Source: an uncultured Acidobacteriota bacterium (GTDB lineage: Bacteria; Acidobacteriota; Thermoanaerobaculia; Multivoradales; SZUA-115). Taken from it: a stretch of 64,000 nucleotides of DNA. The position numbers and the translations under genes are program-made. The notes below the pieces were generated by a model that did no database searches, was not told where the DNA came from, and saw only the letters and a program-made list of their open reading frames with translations. Numbering within the stretch: the first letter of the stretch is position 1; every line of letters begins with the position of its first letter. Shown piece after piece: positions 62,301-64,000 of this stretch. The stretch lies in assembly GCA_963805975.1 (NCBI GenBank), contig CAWDVR010000001.1:128001-192000 (forward strand), given 5' to 3'.

Positions 62301-63245
62301 ATGCCTATCTCACTGCTCGGCCTTCTCGAGCCTGCGCTCGACCGCACCAAGCGGATTCTCTTCCAGCCCTTCGACCTCCGAAAGTGGTTCGTGATCGGGT
62401 TCGGCTGCTGGCTCGCGCAGCTCGCCCACGGCGGCCATGGTGGGCCGCGCTGGAGCTTCGGTCTGCCGGCGAACGGGGCGTCGCTGAGTCAGCCTGGCTC
62501 GTTCCCGACCGGGTTCGGCTTGTGGCTCCTCATGCTGTTGGCGCTGGTCGGTCTCGCGCTGATAGTGGCCCTGCTGTGGGTGGGCTCGCGTGGTGCGCTC
62601 GTCTTTCTCGACAACGTCAGTTTCAACCGGGCGGCGATTGCTGCTCCCTGGAAGCGCTACGCCGTGCTCGGCGACTCGCTGTTTCGGTGGCGGGTGGCAT
62701 TCGTGGCCGTGGTGCTGCTCGCGGTCCTGGCGAGCGTTGGTGCCTTTCTCCTGGCGGGCGGCTCGTGGTGGATCGGAGGACAGAGCGGGCTTCCCCTGGC
62801 CGCCAGCCTGGTCGGCGGTTCGCTGCTGGCCCTCTGCCTGTTGACGGCTCTGTTCGTGGGCCTGCTGCTGAACTCATTCGTCGTGCCGGTCATGGCCGCC
62901 GAGGGCTTATCCTGCCGAGCTGCCTGGAAGCGTTTCCTGATCGTGTTCCGGCCGCACCTCGGCACCCTTCTTGTCTATGGCCTGATGGTCCTGGTCTTCG
63001 GCCTGGCACTCGTGGCGGCAACGGTAGTTCTCGGGTTCTCGACCTGCTGCCTCGGCTTTCTGCTGCTGGCGATCCCCTACCTCGGCACCGTAGTGCTCCT
63101 GCCGGCGTTCGTTTTCCTGCGCTGCTTCAGCCTAGAGCTGCTGGCGGCGGTGGAGCCGAGTTGGAACCTCTTCGAGAGCGGGAACTGGAGCACGGAGAGA
63201 GGCGCTCCCCCTGCGCCGGCCGATGCGGAGCGCTTCAGCGTCTAG
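62301..63245 (+). CDS. Multi-pass membrane hypothetical protein
   Basis: RTK.ILF.PFDL.KWF.IGF..WLA, TCC..L.IPY.GTV.LLP; about six TMs. Confidence 0.8.
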   Translation: MPISLLGLLEPALDRTKRILFQPFDLRKWFVIGFGCWLAQLAHGGHGGPRWSFGLPANGASLSQPGSFPTGFGLWLLMLLALVGLALIVALLWVGSRGALVFLDNVSFNRAAIAAPWKRYAVLGDSLFRWRVAFVAVVLLAVLASVGAFLLAGGSWWIGGQSGLPLAASLVGGSLLALCLLTALFVGLLLNSFVVPVMAAEGLSCRAAWKRFLIVFRPHLGTLLVYGLMVLVFGLALVAATVVLGFSTCCLGFLLLAIPYLGTVVLLPAFVFLRCFSLELLAAVEPSWNLFESGNWSTERGAPPAPADAERFSV

Positions 63246-63422
63246 TGTGCCCGACGCGGGCCCGCGGTCGAGGAGGTCGATCTGCGCTCTACCGGCTCAT
63301 CGTCCGGTACGATACGGGTGCGCATCGACCTACCTTGTCGCCTGGCAGATGCCGGTTCAAGAGGGTCGACCTTCTCCACTCATCTCGGTGAGGAATCGCC
63401 GTGTGTGTTCAGGGGCCCCACT

Positions 63423-64000
63423 ATGTCGTCTGGCAAGTCCGAGATCTCCCTCCGTCTTCAGGTCCTCACCGGTGCCGTTCTGCTCCTGGCGTTGCCGGGA
63501 GCGCTCGCCGCCCAACCGGCCCTCGATCCCCGCGAGTCCCATCTCGCGGACTTGGTGCAGCTCACCTTCGGCGGTGAGAACGCGGAAGGGTACTGGTCGC
63601 CGGACGGCAAGGAGCTGATCCTCCAGTCGACCCATCCGCCGTACGCCTGCGACCAGATCTTCCGTCTGGCGATCGCCGAACCGGGCAAGCTCGACCTGGT
63701 ATCGACCGGCAAGGGGCGGACGACCTGCGCCTATTTCACCTATCCCGAGGGTGAGCGCATCCTCTACTCCTCGACGCACCACGCGGGCGAGGCCTGCCCG
63801 CCGTCGCCCGATCGCTCGCGGGGCTACGTCTGGCCGATCCTGGCGGAGTTCGAGATCTGGAGCGCTCTGCCCGACGGCTCGGACCTGAAGCGCCTCACCG
63901 ACAACGCGGCCTACGACGCCGAGGCCACGGTCTGCCCGGTGGACGGCTCGATCGTCTTCACCTCGAGCCGCGACGGCGATCTAGACCTCTACCGCATGGC
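63423..64000 (+). CDS. Secreted TolB-like/PD40 beta-propeller protein (partial, runs off the window)
   Basis: Read by hand: signal peptide then QLTFGGENAEGYWSPDG, CDQIF, GRTTCAYF, YDAEATV..DG..IVFTS.RDGDLDLY. Confidence 0.85.
   Translation, partial: MSSGKSEISLRLQVLTGAVLLLALPGALAAQPALDPRESHLADLVQLTFGGENAEGYWSPDGKELILQSTHPPYACDQIFRLAIAEPGKLDLVSTGKGRTTCAYFTYPEGERILYSSTHHAGEACPPSPDRSRGYVWPILAEFEIWSALPDGSDLKRLTDNAAYDAEATVCPVDGSIVFTSSRDGDLDLYRM

Overview
High-GC bacterial chromosome segment, most consistent with Acidobacteriota, possibly Thermoanaerobaculia. This is an inference from the PadR + duplicated-orphan-permease pair, a YfhO-like glycosyltransferase and the cdaA-cdaR-glmM module in a diderm. 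It holds the distal spc/alpha ribosomal operon (rplF to rplQ), sspB, a SMUG1-type uracil-DNA glycosylase, an oxidative pentose-phosphate operon (gnd-zwf-glk-pgl) and a seemingly degenerate TonB-dependent receptor with an upstream secreted leader ORF. It also holds a glutamine synthetase, two two-component systems (the phoB/phoR-like pair is doubly frameshifted), an rfbB-rfbC-DUF4301-DedA-flavoprotein operon, uppP, gcvTHPAPB, a sigma-54 activator, a broken vapBC, tilS-ftsH-folP-cdaA-cdaR-glmM-pdxJ, three tRNAs, sodA, rpmG, an S41 protease and tatA/tatC. The most notable non-routine signals are: (i) DUF4301, with a UGPase-like motif set, translationally coupled to rfbC where rfbA would be expected; (ii) REP-like palindromes that form protein C-termini and supply stop codons; (iii) a degenerate attC/cassette relic without an integrase, carrying an unlisted 59-aa ORF; (iv) a DnaA-box + IHF-like cluster far from dnaA; (v) a tilS ORF whose only upstream ATG lies inside a tRNA(CAT); (vi) repeated leaderless-type promoters and a probable CTG start for gcvT. 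No CRISPR array, rRNA, integrase or transposase was seen. All family calls come from recognising motifs by eye, not from database searches.
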